Position numbers and translations under genes: made by a program. From an uncultured delta proteobacterium (lineage in GTDB: Bacteria; Desulfobacterota; WTBG01; CAIYCZ01; CAIRTM01), in contig CAWDSQ010000022.1 in the NCBI GenBank assembly GCA_963804955.1, positions 93,231 through 157,230 of the forward strand: 64,000 bases of DNA, given 5' to 3'. Positions 23,210 to 34,733 of this stretch are shown here, one piece after another; within the stretch, counting starts at the first letter, position 1; each line of letters begins with the position of its first letter. The notes beneath the pieces are model-generated. The model saw only the letters and a program-made list of their open reading frames with translations, did not search any database and was not told the origin of the DNA.

Positions 23210-23513
23210 ATGCTGTGCAAGCAGTGCAACAGGCCATTTGAGAATGACGAAAGGGTCGCCTCCATATCCGGAAGCATCATGGGGGATGAGGTCACCGACT
23301 CCTATTTTCTCTGCCCCGTTTGCAGGGTCTATACCGTGGCGCAGTGGTGGGATGACTTTACCGGCGTGGAGACCATGAGCCTGCCGGGACCGCTGCCAAA
23401 GCAGGAAGGGGATCAGGCGGATTGAGCCCTCATCGGGAAGTGCTCGCGAGCCCTGGGACAAAAAGTGCCGCTGCGATGCCCACCGCGCTTATTTCAACAA
23501 CACGCTTGACTGA
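23210..23513 (+). CDS. Small Cys-rich putative metal-binding protein (indels near 23420-23450)
   Basis: CKQC, CPVC and C-terminal WDKKCRCDAH. Confidence 0.6.
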
Positions 23514-23558
23514 TAGAGGCGGCAGGCAGCAAACAATTCATGAAGGGGGTGCGCGCGT

Positions 23559-24104
23559 ATGGCCATACTGACTTTTTTTTATAAGAACGGTCTTTGGCTG
23601 TCATGGCCGGTATTCGGCCTCGGGGTGTTTCTGCTCTGGTTTTTTATCATGACCGTGATACGGCTGGGAGACAAAAACCGCCTGTGCAGCCTTCCTCTGG
23701 AGGCCGAGCAAAGCGTAGAGTTTAGCGAGGCGGGCCAGGTAATCCTCTGGCTGGAGGGGCCGCTGCTCACCACCCGCTTCGGGGGCCTCAGCTTTGAGCT
23801 GACCGGTATCGACGGCTCGTCACTGCAAGGGCGTATGGCCCTGTTCCGGCAGGGTTCGTCAGGTTTTTCGAAAGTACGAATAGCGGATCGGGTCTTCGCC
23901 ATCCCCTATCCCGGCACCTATGTTCTGCACACAAAAGGGCTCGGCGCTGCGAAGGCCGGCGACGAGAAGCACAGGATCATATTCATGCGGCCCTATCTTC
24001 AACAGACCATAGGCTGCATACTGGGCATCTTGCTGGGGGCCTTTCTTGCCATCGGAAGCATCGTGAATTTTTTTATCCGCCTTTCGGAGGGGGGCGGCTC
24101 ATGA
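23559..24104 (+). CDS. Hypothetical membrane protein (2 TM)
   Basis: N- and C-terminal hydrophobic helices. Confidence 0.65.
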   Translation: MAILTFFYKNGLWLSWPVFGLGVFLLWFFIMTVIRLGDKNRLCSLPLEAEQSVEFSEAGQVILWLEGPLLTTRFGGLSFELTGIDGSSLQGRMALFRQGSSGFSKVRIADRVFAIPYPGTYVLHTKGLGAAKAGDEKHRIIFMRPYLQQTIGCILGILLGAFLAIGSIVNFFIRLSEGGGS

Positions 24105-24903
24105 ACGATTCAGGCTACTGGACAGGGCTTATCATTACAGTTCTGGTGATAGGTGTGGCCTTTTTCTGCCTGTTTCTCGGTGTTGCGATTTTTATTTTTG
24201 TGTATGACCGCATAAGCGTCTTTGAAATATGGAACTCCCCGGTCTGGATCAAGCTAAAAGTGCCGTTCATCATCATCGCGGTCATCGCCTTCCTGGCGGG
24301 AGTGATCGCCTTAGCCCGCTATCAAGGGCAAAAGGAACTGCAGGCAGCGCAGGAATACGCCCGGGCGCAAGGGCTGGGGCTTTGCACGCCACGACACGCA
24401 GGGGCTAACGGCCCGGGCTGGGGAAATTCTTTGGGATCTTAAAAATATCGTATGTCTATTACATCAGAACCGTGGAGACCGGGCAGCGCAGCCTGTATCT
24501 TTTTGACTGCTCATATAATCATAAGGAAGATGCTGCCCGCAGGTCCTCCTCCTCTGGAGTGGCATGCCTGATCCAATCCGAGCGGTTCAGCCCGGCAACT
24601 GTACCCGTGGATATTGTCGGCCGGGACTGGACAGAGGTGATGATCCCGGACAAAGTCGATATGGGCCAGTCCCCGTTTGCCGAGAAGTTTCTCGTTCTGT
24701 CAAAACATTCTGCCGGGGCACAACAAGCCGTCAGCCCCGCCATTCAGGCGATTATGCTTGAGCATCTGCAAAAGCCGCTTCACAACCCCGTCAGCGTGAG
24801 CCTCGGGCCCGGCGGGGCAGTGGTGATGACAGACCGCACGAGCGAACCCGAGCGCCTGCAGGAACTCCTTGACCTTGCGCGCCGGATTGAATCGGCAGAA
24901 TAA
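24101..24903 (+). CDS. Hypothetical membrane protein (split by indels)
   Basis: ATGA overlap with the upstream gene; ORFs 24101-24442 and 24472-24903. Confidence 0.55.
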
Positions 24904-25178
24904 AATACAAGGGGGCGCCCATTTCTCCTCTTCTCTGTATCCATCCCTGACTCATGGTCAGCATCAGCTGCGGGTGCCACGTTACACGAGAACCGCCTGA
25001 AGCACCAATGAAGATCTTGTGGAATAGCCATAGCCGGCCCCTATGCGTGCTTGATGACAGTATTTTTTTGCGATGAAAGCGAGCTGCTTTTCTGTTACTA
25101 TGGCAAAAATGTGTTTCTTTAAAGAAACAGCGAGTGAGCAATCCCCTGGTGTTCGAGCGTCGAAAAACGAGCAAGGAT

Positions 25179-26739
25179 ATGAATATGCAGACCACAGCGA
25201 CGCCTCTTCCGGGCAGAAAAATTAAAGACCTGCTGCGGACCATTACCATCAGGCAGAAGCTTTTGATCGGCTCAAGCCTGATCATCATGTCGGTTCTCAT
25301 CAGCAGTCTCTACGCCAGTATCCAACTGCGGCAGCTTGATACCCTCATCACCACGGCCGTCACAATTGACGCAAAAATTCTGCGCGGTTCAGATAATCTA
25401 AAAAGTTCTCTTCTCGTGCAAATGAGCAATGCGCGCAAGTTTAACATAACCGGAGACACGGACTTCCAGCAGCTTTTTGATGATAACGTCCGTGATTTCC
25501 GCAGCACCCTGACCGCCATGGAGGCCATTGCTGAAAACGAGGAGGTGCGCGCCCGCCTTGCCCGCGTTAGGAACGCTTACGAAGCCTATACCGGCCTTGT
25601 CGTGGGGAGCTTTTCCAGCGATACGCAGGAGGCGGAGCCGGACCGCCGGCAGCAGAAGGCCGAGGCCGATATAAACGACAGCCTTGAGTCTCTCTATGAA
25701 ACAGCCCAGCAGGTGCTCAGCCGCAAAATGCTCAGCTCGCAGCAGATCAGCTCCCGGGGCACATGGCTGACGGTGCTCATCGGGCTGGTGACGGCGCTGT
25801 GCGGCATGCTGTTCGCCCTGCTCATCGTCCGCTCCATTTACGCACCGCTTCGCAGCCTGAAAGAGGCTACCCATTATATTTCCCGGGGCGACTTCAGCAA
25901 AAAAATCGACATTGCCCGGCAGGATGAAATCGGCGAACTGTCAGACTCCTTCAACATGATGTGCGACCGGCTGCAGGAGCTTGATCAGTCTCAAGTCGGA
26001 TTTTATTTCCAATATCACGCATGATCTCAAAACGCCCCTTGCCTCCATTACCGAGGCAAACCAGCTCATGCTGGACGGCGCGGCCGGAGAGACAACGGCC
26101 CAGCAGCAGCGGCTTCTTGGCATTATCCGTGAAGATTCGGCCCGGCTTACGCGCCTTATCTCGTCGATCATCGATCTTGCCAGGATGGAGTCGGGCATTC
26201 TCAACTACGACCTGCTTCCCGCCGACATCGGCCTGCTGGCTCTCGAGGCTGTGGAGTCCGTGCGGTTTCTTGCTTCCAGCAAGGACATTGCCCTTGCGTT
26301 TCAGCCCGACAAAAGCCTGCCGCAGCTGTTGATTGACGACGACAAAATGAGACAGGCATTGATAAACCTTCTGAGCAATGCTATAAAGTTCACTCCCGCC
26401 GGGGGTACGGTCAAGGTCAGCATCGCGCGCACGGACACGTATCCCGCGGAATGCGCATCCCGTGAGGCCGTCATGATTTCCATCACCGATACGGGCGTGG
26501 GCATTGTCGATGCGGATTTGCCGCGCATTTTTGAAAAATTCTTTCGCGGCAGCGCGGGCTCCGCGGGCAAGGGATCGGGCCTGGGGCTCACCATAGCCCA
26601 CCACATTGTTCAAGCCCATGGCGGGCTTATCCGGGCTGAAAGCAGCGCCGGCAAAGGCAGCACGTTTTATGTGCTCCTGCCAATTGATCAGAAGGATGTG
26701 CCGGCACCTGATCGCAACGCCTGCACGCAGCGATCGTGA
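25179..26739 (+). CDS. HAMP sensor histidine kinase, GlrK/QseE-like (indel near 25985)
   Basis: 2 TM, RQDEIGEL HAMP, ITHDLKTPL, NLLSNAIKF, GSGLGL. Confidence 0.88.
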
Positions 26740-26763
26740 GCAGTCGTCCACAAGGAGAAAGTA

Positions 26764-27352
26764 GTGAAGGAAGCAGTACGAAGGCTCGCCAGGTATCTGT
26801 ATATCGGCATTCTTGTTTCAGGGGTCACCGGGTGCGCCGGCATCTCAAAGCCCGTAGGGGACATGGCCTCGGATTTGTACACCATAAAACAGCAATTTGC
26901 CGGCGGCACGTACAGGGAGTCCCTGCAGGGCTGCCTGGCGATCATGGCAATCCGCCCCGCCTGCACAGCCCTTGATCAGGCTTTGTATTATGCGGCTCTG
27001 AACAGCCTGAGCATTGATCCGGGTCGCGGCGGCAGAATCGAGGCGGCAACACTATTTCCAGCGCCTGATAAGCGATTGCGCAGGCAGCCCGTATCGGCCG
27101 GAAGCCGAGATATGGCTGGCGATACTGACATCTCCTGAAACCAGCAGCCTGCAGCGCGGCGACGTATTTACCGGCAAAAACAGCAGCAACGACAGCCTTA
27201 CGCAAAAAGATCAGGAGATCAAGCGGCTGCGCAGCGAAATCGTGCGCCTGAACCGGGAAATCGATATGCTCAAAAATGTCGACGTGCAGCTGCACCGGCA
27301 AAAAAAGGACCTTGATGATGGCCCAGACGAAGGAAAAAATACTCGTCCTTGA
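26764..27352 (+). CDS. Lipoprotein with TPR-like and coiled-coil parts, QseG-like (indel near 27045)
   Basis: Lipobox VTGC; DQALYY; C-terminal EIKRLRSEIVRLNREIDMLKNVD. Confidence 0.65.
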
Positions 27353-28715
27353 CGACGAGCCCCATATTCTCGACCTCATCCAGATGCGCCTTGAGTCGCA
27401 GGGCTATGAGGTGATGACTGCCGCAACCGGCGATGCGGCTCTGGCACAGGCCCGCAGCACGGTTGTGGACATGGCCATTATCGACCTGATGCTCGGCCCC
27501 GGCCCCGACGGCATTCAGGTGATGGAGCAGCTGCTGCTCATCAATCCCCATGTGCCGGTCATCATTCTCACCGCCCACGGCACCATCAACAATGCCGTTG
27601 AGGCCATGAGCCGCGGCGCCTACTGCTATCTGACCAAGCCCTATAAGCCGGAAGAGCTGACCCTGCATGTCAAAAACGCCCTTGAGAAGCGCCGTCTCAC
27701 CAGCGAAATCGCAACGCTCAAGCACATGCTTGAAGAGCGCTCGCAGGAGAAAAATATTATTGCCCACAGCCCCCGCATGAGGGAAATCATCAGGCAGGTG
27801 CAGCAGGCCGCTCAGACCGATGCCACTATCGCCGTCTATGGCGAGAGCGGCACAGGCAAGGAGCTTATTGCCGAAATCATCCACCTGCGCAGCAAGCGGT
27901 CCAAGGGCCCGTTCGTGCCCGTCAACTGCGGGGCCCTTCCCGAGGGGCTTCTGGAAAACGAGCTGTTTGGCCATATGCGGGGCGCCTATACCGATGCGCG
28001 CGAATCGCGCATGGGCCTGTTTACCCAGGCTGAAAAGGGCACCATTTTTCTGGATGAGATCGGCAATACCAGCCCTGCGCTGCAGGTAAAGCTGCTGCGG
28101 GTTCTGCAGGAGCGGGAGCTGCGGCCCCTGGGCGGCGACCGTGCGATTAAAGTAGATGTGCGCGTCATTGTAGCTTCAAACAAGGATTTGCAGAAGGCTG
28201 TTGAGCGGGGCGAGTTCCGCGACGATTTGTTTTACCGCGTTCATGTCATTCCCATCTACCTGCCGCCCCTTCGGGAGCGCCGGGAGGATATCCCTCTGAT
28301 TGCCGACCATTTTCTCAAGCAGTTCAACAAAAGCGTGGGCAAAGAGATCAAGGGCTTCACCCCGTCTGCCATCCAGCGCATGATGCTCTATCACTGGCCC
28401 GGCAATATCCGCGAGCTTAAAAATACCATCGAGCGCGCTGTCGTCCTGAGCATGCACGATGTCATCGATGTGCCCGACCTCATCCCCCTTGCCTCCATGC
28501 AGGAGCCTGCAGCCGCAGCAGCCACCACCGCAGCGCCCGGTCTCTCGGTAACCTATGAAGATGCCAAGCAGGATTTCGAGAAGAGCTTTCTTGAGCACCT
28601 GTTGCGGCAGACCCAGGGCAATGTCACCAATGCCGCAAAGATTGCCGACCGCTATCGCGGCGATCTCTACCGCCTGATGAAAAAGTACGGTTTGAAGTCT
28701 GAAGATTTCAAGTAG
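27315..28715 (+). CDS. Sigma-54-dependent response regulator, GlrR/QseF (NtrC family)
   Basis: Receiver, GESGTGKE, ELFGH..GAYTDA, FLDEIG, Fis-type HTH. Confidence 0.92.
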   Translation: MMAQTKEKILVLDDEPHILDLIQMRLESQGYEVMTAATGDAALAQARSTVVDMAIIDLMLGPGPDGIQVMEQLLLINPHVPVIILTAHGTINNAVEAMSRGAYCYLTKPYKPEELTLHVKNALEKRRLTSEIATLKHMLEERSQEKNIIAHSPRMREIIRQVQQAAQTDATIAVYGESGTGKELIAEIIHLRSKRSKGPFVPVNCGALPEGLLENELFGHMRGAYTDARESRMGLFTQAEKGTIFLDEIGNTSPALQVKLLRVLQERELRPLGGDRAIKVDVRVIVASNKDLQKAVERGEFRDDLFYRVHVIPIYLPPLRERREDIPLIADHFLKQFNKSVGKEIKGFTPSAIQRMMLYHWPGNIRELKNTIERAVVLSMHDVIDVPDLIPLASMQEPAAAAATTAAPGLSVTYEDAKQDFEKSFLEHLLRQTQGNVTNAAKIADRYRGDLYRLMKKYGLKSEDFK

Positions 28716-28832
28716 GGGCATTTGCAGTGATTTGTTGATCCGCCGCGGCAGGGGCGGATCAGACCGGCCTGTAAAACCTGTCATAAAAAAACACCGGCAG
28801 ATAGAAGAAGGTATCGGGGAGCGGGTCAACGC

Positions 28833-29882
28833 TTACAAAATCAGCATGGCATCGCCATAGCTGAAGAAGCGGTACCGCTGCTCAATGGCCTCTGCGTAGG
28901 CGCGCAGGATAAAGTCGCGGCCTGCGAAGGCCGACACGAGCAGCAGCAGGCTTGATTTGGGAACATGAAAATTGGTGATAAGGCCGTCCAGCGCCTTGAA
29001 GCGGTAGCCGGGATAGATAAAAATACCGGTTTCGCCTTCACCGCTTCTGAGCACGCCCTTTTCATCGGTCATGCTTTCAAGCACGCGCGTACTTGTGGTA
29101 CCGACAGCAATAACCCGCCGTTTTTCAGCTTTGGCCCGGTTGACAGCAGCGGCTGTTTCCGGCGATACCGCAAGGGCCTCGGTATGCATGGTGTGGCGCT
29201 CGACTATGTTTTCCCGTATGGGCTGAAATGTGCCGTAGCCCACATGCAGGGTAACAAATACGGTCTCGATGCCCGCCTGCCGCAACTCTTCGATCAGCCC
29301 CGGCGTGAAATGAAAACCTGCGGTGGGGGCGGCAACAGCGCCGTCGCGGGCGGCATACACGGTCTGGTAGCGGTTCCGGTCGCAGCTAGCCTCCGTGCCG
29401 CGCTGCCGCCGTATATAGGGCGGCAGAGGCGTTATGCCGATTCTCTGCAGCACCTCGTACAGGTCACCGCTGCAGGCGAGGCTCACGCGCCAGGCCTCAT
29501 CGCCGGCGCGGTCAAGCACCCGGGCGCTCAGGGTTTCATCGAACAGTATGCGCATGCCGGACTCGATACGGCGCTTGCTTTTTATGAGGCATTCCCATAC
29601 ATGCCTGCAGTCCGGGTCCGGCGGAAGGGCCTTCAGCAGAAACAGCTCCACCCAGCCGCCCGTTTCCTTCCGGCCGTACAGGCGCGCAGGGATCACGCGC
29701 GTGTCATTTGCCACCAGCACATCGCCCGGCCGCAGGTATGCTGGCAGGTCTGAGAAAGACCTGTGCTCGACCGTCTGCCTGTCTCGCCTGAGCACCATCA
29801 AACGCGAGGTGTCGCGCCGGTCCAGGGGCTGCTGGGCTATCAGTTCTTTGGGCAGGTTGTAATCGAAGTCACCTAGTTCCAT
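28833..29882 (-). CDS. queA: S-adenosylmethionine:tRNA ribosyltransferase-isomerase
   Basis: FDYNLPKELIAQ, YQTVYA, AAPTAGFHF, YRFFSYGDAM. Confidence 0.97.
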   Translation of the reverse strand: MELGDFDYNLPKELIAQQPLDRRDTSRLMVLRRDRQTVEHRSFSDLPAYLRPGDVLVANDTRVIPARLYGRKETGGWVELFLLKALPPDPDCRHVWECLIKSKRRIESGMRILFDETLSARVLDRAGDEAWRVSLACSGDLYEVLQRIGITPLPPYIRRQRGTEASCDRNRYQTVYAARDGAVAAPTAGFHFTPGLIEELRQAGIETVFVTLHVGYGTFQPIRENIVERHTMHTEALAVSPETAAAVNRAKAEKRRVIAVGTTSTRVLESMTDEKGVLRSGEGETGIFIYPGYRFKALDGLITNFHVPKSSLLLLVSAFAGRDFILRAYAEAIEQRYRFFSYGDAMLIL

Positions 29883-30193
29883 GGCAGCCCTTTTTGTAAC
29901 TGTTCAAAGCTCAAGGTTCACAGTTCGGATTCTAAATTCTGCCCGCCGCAGCCGACTGGCTTCTGTCTTGCGCTTTTGCACCTGCTACAGCCTATAGCCT
30001 AAATGCCTACAGGCTGTTCCCCTGACTCCTGAACCCTCGTCCCGAGTAATCTTTTTGCTGTACAGTCGATTCATTATACTGTACTTTTTTTGATTACGGC
30101 AACCGGAGTTTCGCGCTATTGACACACAGCCAAAATAGATTATGTTATAAGTAGTATGATAAGTATATGGAAACCAAAACTGAAGACTGAGAC

Positions 30194-30505
30194 ATGGGCA
30201 CCGGAAAGACCCCGGAATTTCAAGATCGCGTCGAGGACACAACCGAGCTTAACGAGCCGCCGCAGTTTCGCGTGCTGCTGCACAATGATGATTACACGAC
30301 CATGGATTTTGTCGTGCAGATTCTCGAGGTTGTTTTCAGCAAGTCCCCAGCCGAAGCCATGCAGATAATGCTCAATGTGCATCGCAAAGGCATCGGGGTG
30401 TGCGGTGTGTATACCGCAGAAGTTGCGGAAACCAAAGTGGCAATGGTGCACCATCTGGCTCATGAACACAATTACCCGCTGAAATGCAGCATGGAAGAAG
30501 TCTGA
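30194..30505 (+). CDS. clpS: ATP-dependent Clp protease adaptor
   Basis: VLLHNDDYTTMDFV, VHRKGIGVCG, YPLKC. Confidence 0.97.
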   Translation: MGTGKTPEFQDRVEDTTELNEPPQFRVLLHNDDYTTMDFVVQILEVVFSKSPAEAMQIMLNVHRKGIGVCGVYTAEVAETKVAMVHHLAHEHNYPLKCSMEEV

Positions 30506-30506
30506 T

Positions 30507-32807
30507 ATGATTAAAAAAGAACTGGAAATGGCCTTTGCAGCAGCTGTGCGTGAAGCGCAGAAGCGCCGGCATGAAATGCTCACCGTCGAGCACCTGCTGT
30601 ATGCCCTGCTCTATGACGACATGGGGAGCCGCATACTTCGCAGCTGCGGAGCAGATATCGACGAGCTGAAAACCCAGCTCGAGGAATTTTTTTCCGACAA
30701 GATCGAAAAATTCGCCGAAGGCGCAGCCAAGGAGATCATTCAGTCCATCGGCGTGCAGCGGGTGCTGCAGCGCGCCATGATGCATGTGCAGGCCGCGGAA
30801 AAAACCGAGATGGACGCAGGGGATGTGCTCGCCTCTATTTTCGAGGAGGAGGGCTCCTATGCCGTGTATTTTTTAAAATCCCATGGCCTGTCGCGGCTTG
30901 ATATTCTCAACTATATTTCCCATGGCGTGTCTCAGTCCGGCGAGGCGGAGGATGAGCCGCAGTGCTCGCTGGAGCGGCGCGAAGCACAGGACGATACCGC
31001 CGATGACAAGAAAAAGGCCAAGCCGGGCCAGAGCGCCCTTGAGCGCTATACCGTGAACCTTATTGAAAAGGCCCGGTCCGGGCACATTGACCCGCTCATC
31101 GGCCGGGCGCCCGAGCTTGAGCGCACGCTGCAGGTGCTGCACCGCCGCGTAAAAAACAACCCGCTCTATGTCGGGGATGCGGGTGTCGGGAAAACAGCCC
31201 TTGCCGAGGGCCTGGCGCTCAAGGTCGTGCAGGGCGATGTGCCCAAACCCTTTCTCGGCGCTGAAATCTACTCCCTGGATATGGGCACCCTGCTTGCGGG
31301 AACCAAGTTTCGGGGCGATTTCGAGGCGCGCCTCAAGGCGGTGATCAAGGAGCTTGAAGCCAAAAAGGGCGTCATACTGTTTATCGATGAAATTCACACG
31401 GTTGTGGGCGCCGGCGCCACCAGCGGCGGCTCCATGGACGCGTCAAATATTTTAAAGCCCGTCATCGCTTCGGGCGATCTGCGCTGCATCGGCTCGACGA
31501 CCTATGAGGAATACAAAAATCATTTCGAAAAGGACCGGGCGCTGGCGCGCCGCTTCCAGAAGATAGAGGTTATGGAGCCGTCCGTCGACGAGACCGTTGA
31601 GATTCTGAAAGGGCTTAAGCCCTATTATGAAAAGCATCACGGCGTGAGCTACAGCCCCGGCGCTTTGAAGGCCGCGGCCGAGCTGTCGGCCAAGCATATC
31701 AATGACTGCTTTCTGCCCGACAAGGCCATTGACGTGATCGACGAGACCGGCGCTATTTTCAACCTGCGCCATGAGGGCAGGGTCCACAAGGTGATCGGGG
31801 CCAAAGATATTGAAAAGGTCGTGGCGCGCATGGCAAAAATTCCGCCCCGCAGCGTCACCTCGTCTGACAAAATCGCGATACAGAATATCGAGCAGGAGCT
31901 CTGCTCCCGGGTTTTCGGGCAGGAGCCTGCCATCAAAAGCCTTGCCAAGGCAATCAAGCGCTCGCGTGCGGGTTTGGGACTTCCTGACAAGCCCATCGGG
32001 TCATTTTTGCTTATGGGCCCCACGGGCGTCGGGAAAACCGAGGCGGCAAAGCAGCTGGCGCAGGTGCTCGGGATTCACTTTGTGCGATTCGACATGAGCG
32101 AGTATATGGAGAAGCATACCGTGGCGCGGCTGATCGGCGCGCCTCCGGGCTATGTGGGATTCGAGCAGGCGGGCATGCTCACCGACGATATACGCAAGCA
32201 CCCGCACAGCGTGCTGCTGCTGGACGAGATCGAGAAGGCGCATCCCGATATTTTCAATATTCTTCTCCAGATCATGGACTATGCCACGCTGACCGACAAT
32301 AACGGCAAAAAGGCCGATTTCCGGCATGTGGTCCTGCTGATGACGACCAATGCCGGCGCCAGGGAAATGGCAACGGCTAATATCGGTTTTGGCGGCAGCA
32401 TGCGCGATGTGAGCGCCGACAAGGGCAAAAAAGCCATTGAAAAGCTGTTCAGCCCCGAGTTTAGAAACCGCCTCGATGAGATAATAACATTCAATCCTCT
32501 CTCCATCGAGATCATGGAGCAGATAGTGGATAAGTTTTTCAGGGAAGTGCAGGCTCAGGTGACGACAAAAAAAGTGAGCGCGCAGCTCAGCCCTGCGGCC
32601 CGCAACTGGCTTGCCCGCAACGGCTTCAGCCCGGAATACGGCGCCAGGCCCCTGGCGCGGCTCATGCAGGTTGAGATAAAGGACACGCTGTCCAATGAGA
32701 TACTGTTCGGCGCATTGGCCACCGGCGGCACGGTGACCATAGACCTTGCGCCCGATGCTGATGAGCCTGGCACCTGCAGGAGCCGAAAAGCGGCATCTGG
32801 TGTTTGA
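30507..32807 (+). CDS. clpA: ATP-dependent Clp protease ATP-binding subunit
   Basis: Two AAA+ modules (GDAGVGKT, GPTGVGKT); lies between clpS and aat. Confidence 0.96.
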   Translation: MIKKELEMAFAAAVREAQKRRHEMLTVEHLLYALLYDDMGSRILRSCGADIDELKTQLEEFFSDKIEKFAEGAAKEIIQSIGVQRVLQRAMMHVQAAEKTEMDAGDVLASIFEEEGSYAVYFLKSHGLSRLDILNYISHGVSQSGEAEDEPQCSLERREAQDDTADDKKKAKPGQSALERYTVNLIEKARSGHIDPLIGRAPELERTLQVLHRRVKNNPLYVGDAGVGKTALAEGLALKVVQGDVPKPFLGAEIYSLDMGTLLAGTKFRGDFEARLKAVIKELEAKKGVILFIDEIHTVVGAGATSGGSMDASNILKPVIASGDLRCIGSTTYEEYKNHFEKDRALARRFQKIEVMEPSVDETVEILKGLKPYYEKHHGVSYSPGALKAAAELSAKHINDCFLPDKAIDVIDETGAIFNLRHEGRVHKVIGAKDIEKVVARMAKIPPRSVTSSDKIAIQNIEQELCSRVFGQEPAIKSLAKAIKRSRAGLGLPDKPIGSFLLMGPTGVGKTEAAKQLAQVLGIHFVRFDMSEYMEKHTVARLIGAPPGYVGFEQAGMLTDDIRKHPHSVLLLDEIEKAHPDIFNILLQIMDYATLTDNNGKKADFRHVVLLMTTNAGAREMATANIGFGGSMRDVSADKGKKAIEKLFSPEFRNRLDEIITFNPLSIEIMEQIVDKFFREVQAQVTTKKVSAQLSPAARNWLARNGFSPEYGARPLARLMQVEIKDTLSNEILFGALATGGTVTIDLAPDADEPGTCRSRKAASGV

Positions 32808-32826
32808 ATATGCATAAAAGATACTT

Positions 32827-32963
32827 TTGATGGTTTCGTAAAAAATTCGAAACTGTCACCCTGAACGAAGTGAGGGGTCTCGTAACCTGCTGAAAAAATG
32901 AGATTCTTCGCTCCGCTCAGAATGACAAAATAGTATTTTTTTGACTTTTTTCGAAAGCATCAA
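32827..32963. mobile_element. MITE-like element containing a REP-like palindrome
   Basis: TIRs TTGATGGTTTCGTAAAAA / TTTTTTCGAAAGCATCAA; internal TGTCACCCTGAACGAAGTGA...TTCTTCGCTCCGCTCAGAATGACA. Confidence 0.65.
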
Positions 32964-33051
32964 TTTTAGATTTTGGATCTTAGATTTTGGATTTTTTCAG
33001 GCAGGACAATCTGTAATCCAAAATCCACAATCACAAATCCAAAATTCCAAC

Positions 33052-33753
33052 ATGCCCGTCTATCAACTTCCCAAAGAACTTGTATTTCCGTCGCCCGATG
33101 AAGCCGAGCCCAGCGGCCTTCTGGCCGTGGGGGGCGATTTGAGCTTGCGGCGGCTGCTGCTTGCCTACTGCATGGGCATTTTCCCCTGGTACTGCCAGGG
33201 GGAGCCGATACTGTGGTGGTCGCCCGATCCGCGCCTGATTCTTGAGCCTGCCCATATTAAGATTTCCCGCAGCCTTCGCCGCGTGCTCAAAAAAGGCGTA
33301 TTTCAGATAACCATGGACAGGGATTTTGCCGCGGTCATACAGGGCTGCGCCGCTGCCAGCCGCAGGGGTGAGCCGGGAACGTGGATAGTCGATGACATGA
33401 TTACCGCCTACACGCGGCTGCATGCCGCGGGCTTTGCGCACTCGGTTGAGGCGTGGCATGAAGGAAAGCTCGCGGGCGGGCTCTACGGCGTCAGCATCGG
33501 CAGCGCTTTTTTCGGGGAGTCCATGTTCAGCCTGTCAAGCAACGCCTCGAAGGCGGCGCTTGCCTGTCTTGCTGCTGCTTTGCAGGAGTGGGGCATGGGT
33601 CTTATCGACTGCCAGGTAACCACTGAACATCTGCTCAGCATGGGCGCCCGCGAGATGCCCCGGGCGGAATTTCTCGAGCGTCTGGTGCAGGCCCTGCGGG
33701 CTGAGACGCGCACCGGCCGCTGGTCGCTGCCTGAGGGGCTGCAGGTGTTTTGA
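33052..33753 (+). CDS. aat: Leucyl/phenylalanyl-tRNA--protein transferase
   Basis: [35 protein letters not shown]. Confidence 0.96.
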   Translation: MPVYQLPKELVFPSPDEAEPSGLLAVGGDLSLRRLLLAYCMGIFPWYCQGEPILWWSPDPRLILEPAHIKISRSLRRVLKKGVFQITMDRDFAAVIQGCAAASRRGEPGTWIVDDMITAYTRLHAAGFAHSVEAWHEGKLAGGLYGVSIGSAFFGESMFSLSSNASKAALACLAAALQEWGMGLIDCQVTTEHLLSMGAREMPRAEFLERLVQALRAETRTGRWSLPEGLQVF

Positions 33754-33781
33754 CGGCGCAGGGGCGCAATATTTTGAGCCC

Positions 33782-34400
33782 CTACTGAGCACCTTGAAAA
33801 ACATCCGGAAAAATTTTCTGCATCTCCCGCATTAAGCTTTGCTCATTCTCATAGAGTATGACCGCAAAGCCCCGCTGCCGGGCCTTGTCGATATTGGCCG
33901 CATTGTCGTCAACAAGCAGTATGCTTTCAGGGGGGATGCCCAGCTGTGCTGCCACAACATCAAACAGATCGCCGCGGTATTTGCTGGCGTGCATGTGAAA
34001 GCTGTTGAAGACGGGATCGAAACAGCGCAAAAAATCCGTCGCGCCGGTCAAGCTCGTCGAGCCAGTTGGTCTGATCGCTGATGATGCCCACCTGCATGCC
34101 GCCCCGGCGCAGGCGTGCTGCTGCATCAATCATTGCAGGCCGCAGAATGAACCGGTTTAGTATCTCGCTGCGCAGCTCACCGTCGGTCTGGGCAAGGCCG
34201 TACTCCCGGCGAAGGTGAGCCCAGAAGGCAGCCTCATCGCTGCCTCCGGTCAGGTAGCCTGAATCGGCTATGATGCGGCACACGTCCTGATAAAAGGCCT
34301 CGGGGTCAAGCCCGTTATTCCGGGCAATGGCAAGGAGCCCTTCGCGGAAGCCCTCTTCGGCAATTACGCCGCCGTAGTCGAACAGAACAGTATCAATCAT
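33782..34400 (-). CDS. HAD-family phosphatase (indel near 34035)
   Basis: VLFDYGGV, IISDQ, LLVDDNAAN. Confidence 0.85.
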
Positions 34401-34477
34401 ACATTCCGTATTTCTTTGCAGGCGCCCAGCCATAGAAAGGCTGATATATAGCTGTGCCTTTTATTTTATTACCTACA

Positions 34478-34703
34478 TGACAAGGGCCAGGACATCGTAG
34501 ACACGGTTGAATATTCTGCAGGGAAAAAGTTTAAAACAGTCTGGATACCGGCTTTCGCCGGTATGACGAAACAATAGTTGCGTGCCTATAAATGAGGTCA
34601 TTCCAGCGAAAGCTGGAATCCAGTTTTCTTATTTTGCTTTGTCGTGAAACGTGTCGGACTGTTTTTTTAACCCTGTTTGTCCACGATGTTGTGGCATTTG
34701 TCA
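34478..34703. mobile_element. Imperfect-TIR MITE-like element carrying two inverted REP palindromes
   Basis: Outer IR TGACAAGGGCCAGGACATCGTAGACA / TGTCCACGATGTTGTGGCATTTGTCA; REPs at 34541-34567 and 34597-34623. Confidence 0.55.
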
Positions 34704-34733
34704 CCTACAGCCTAACAGTCTATAGCCTACAGC

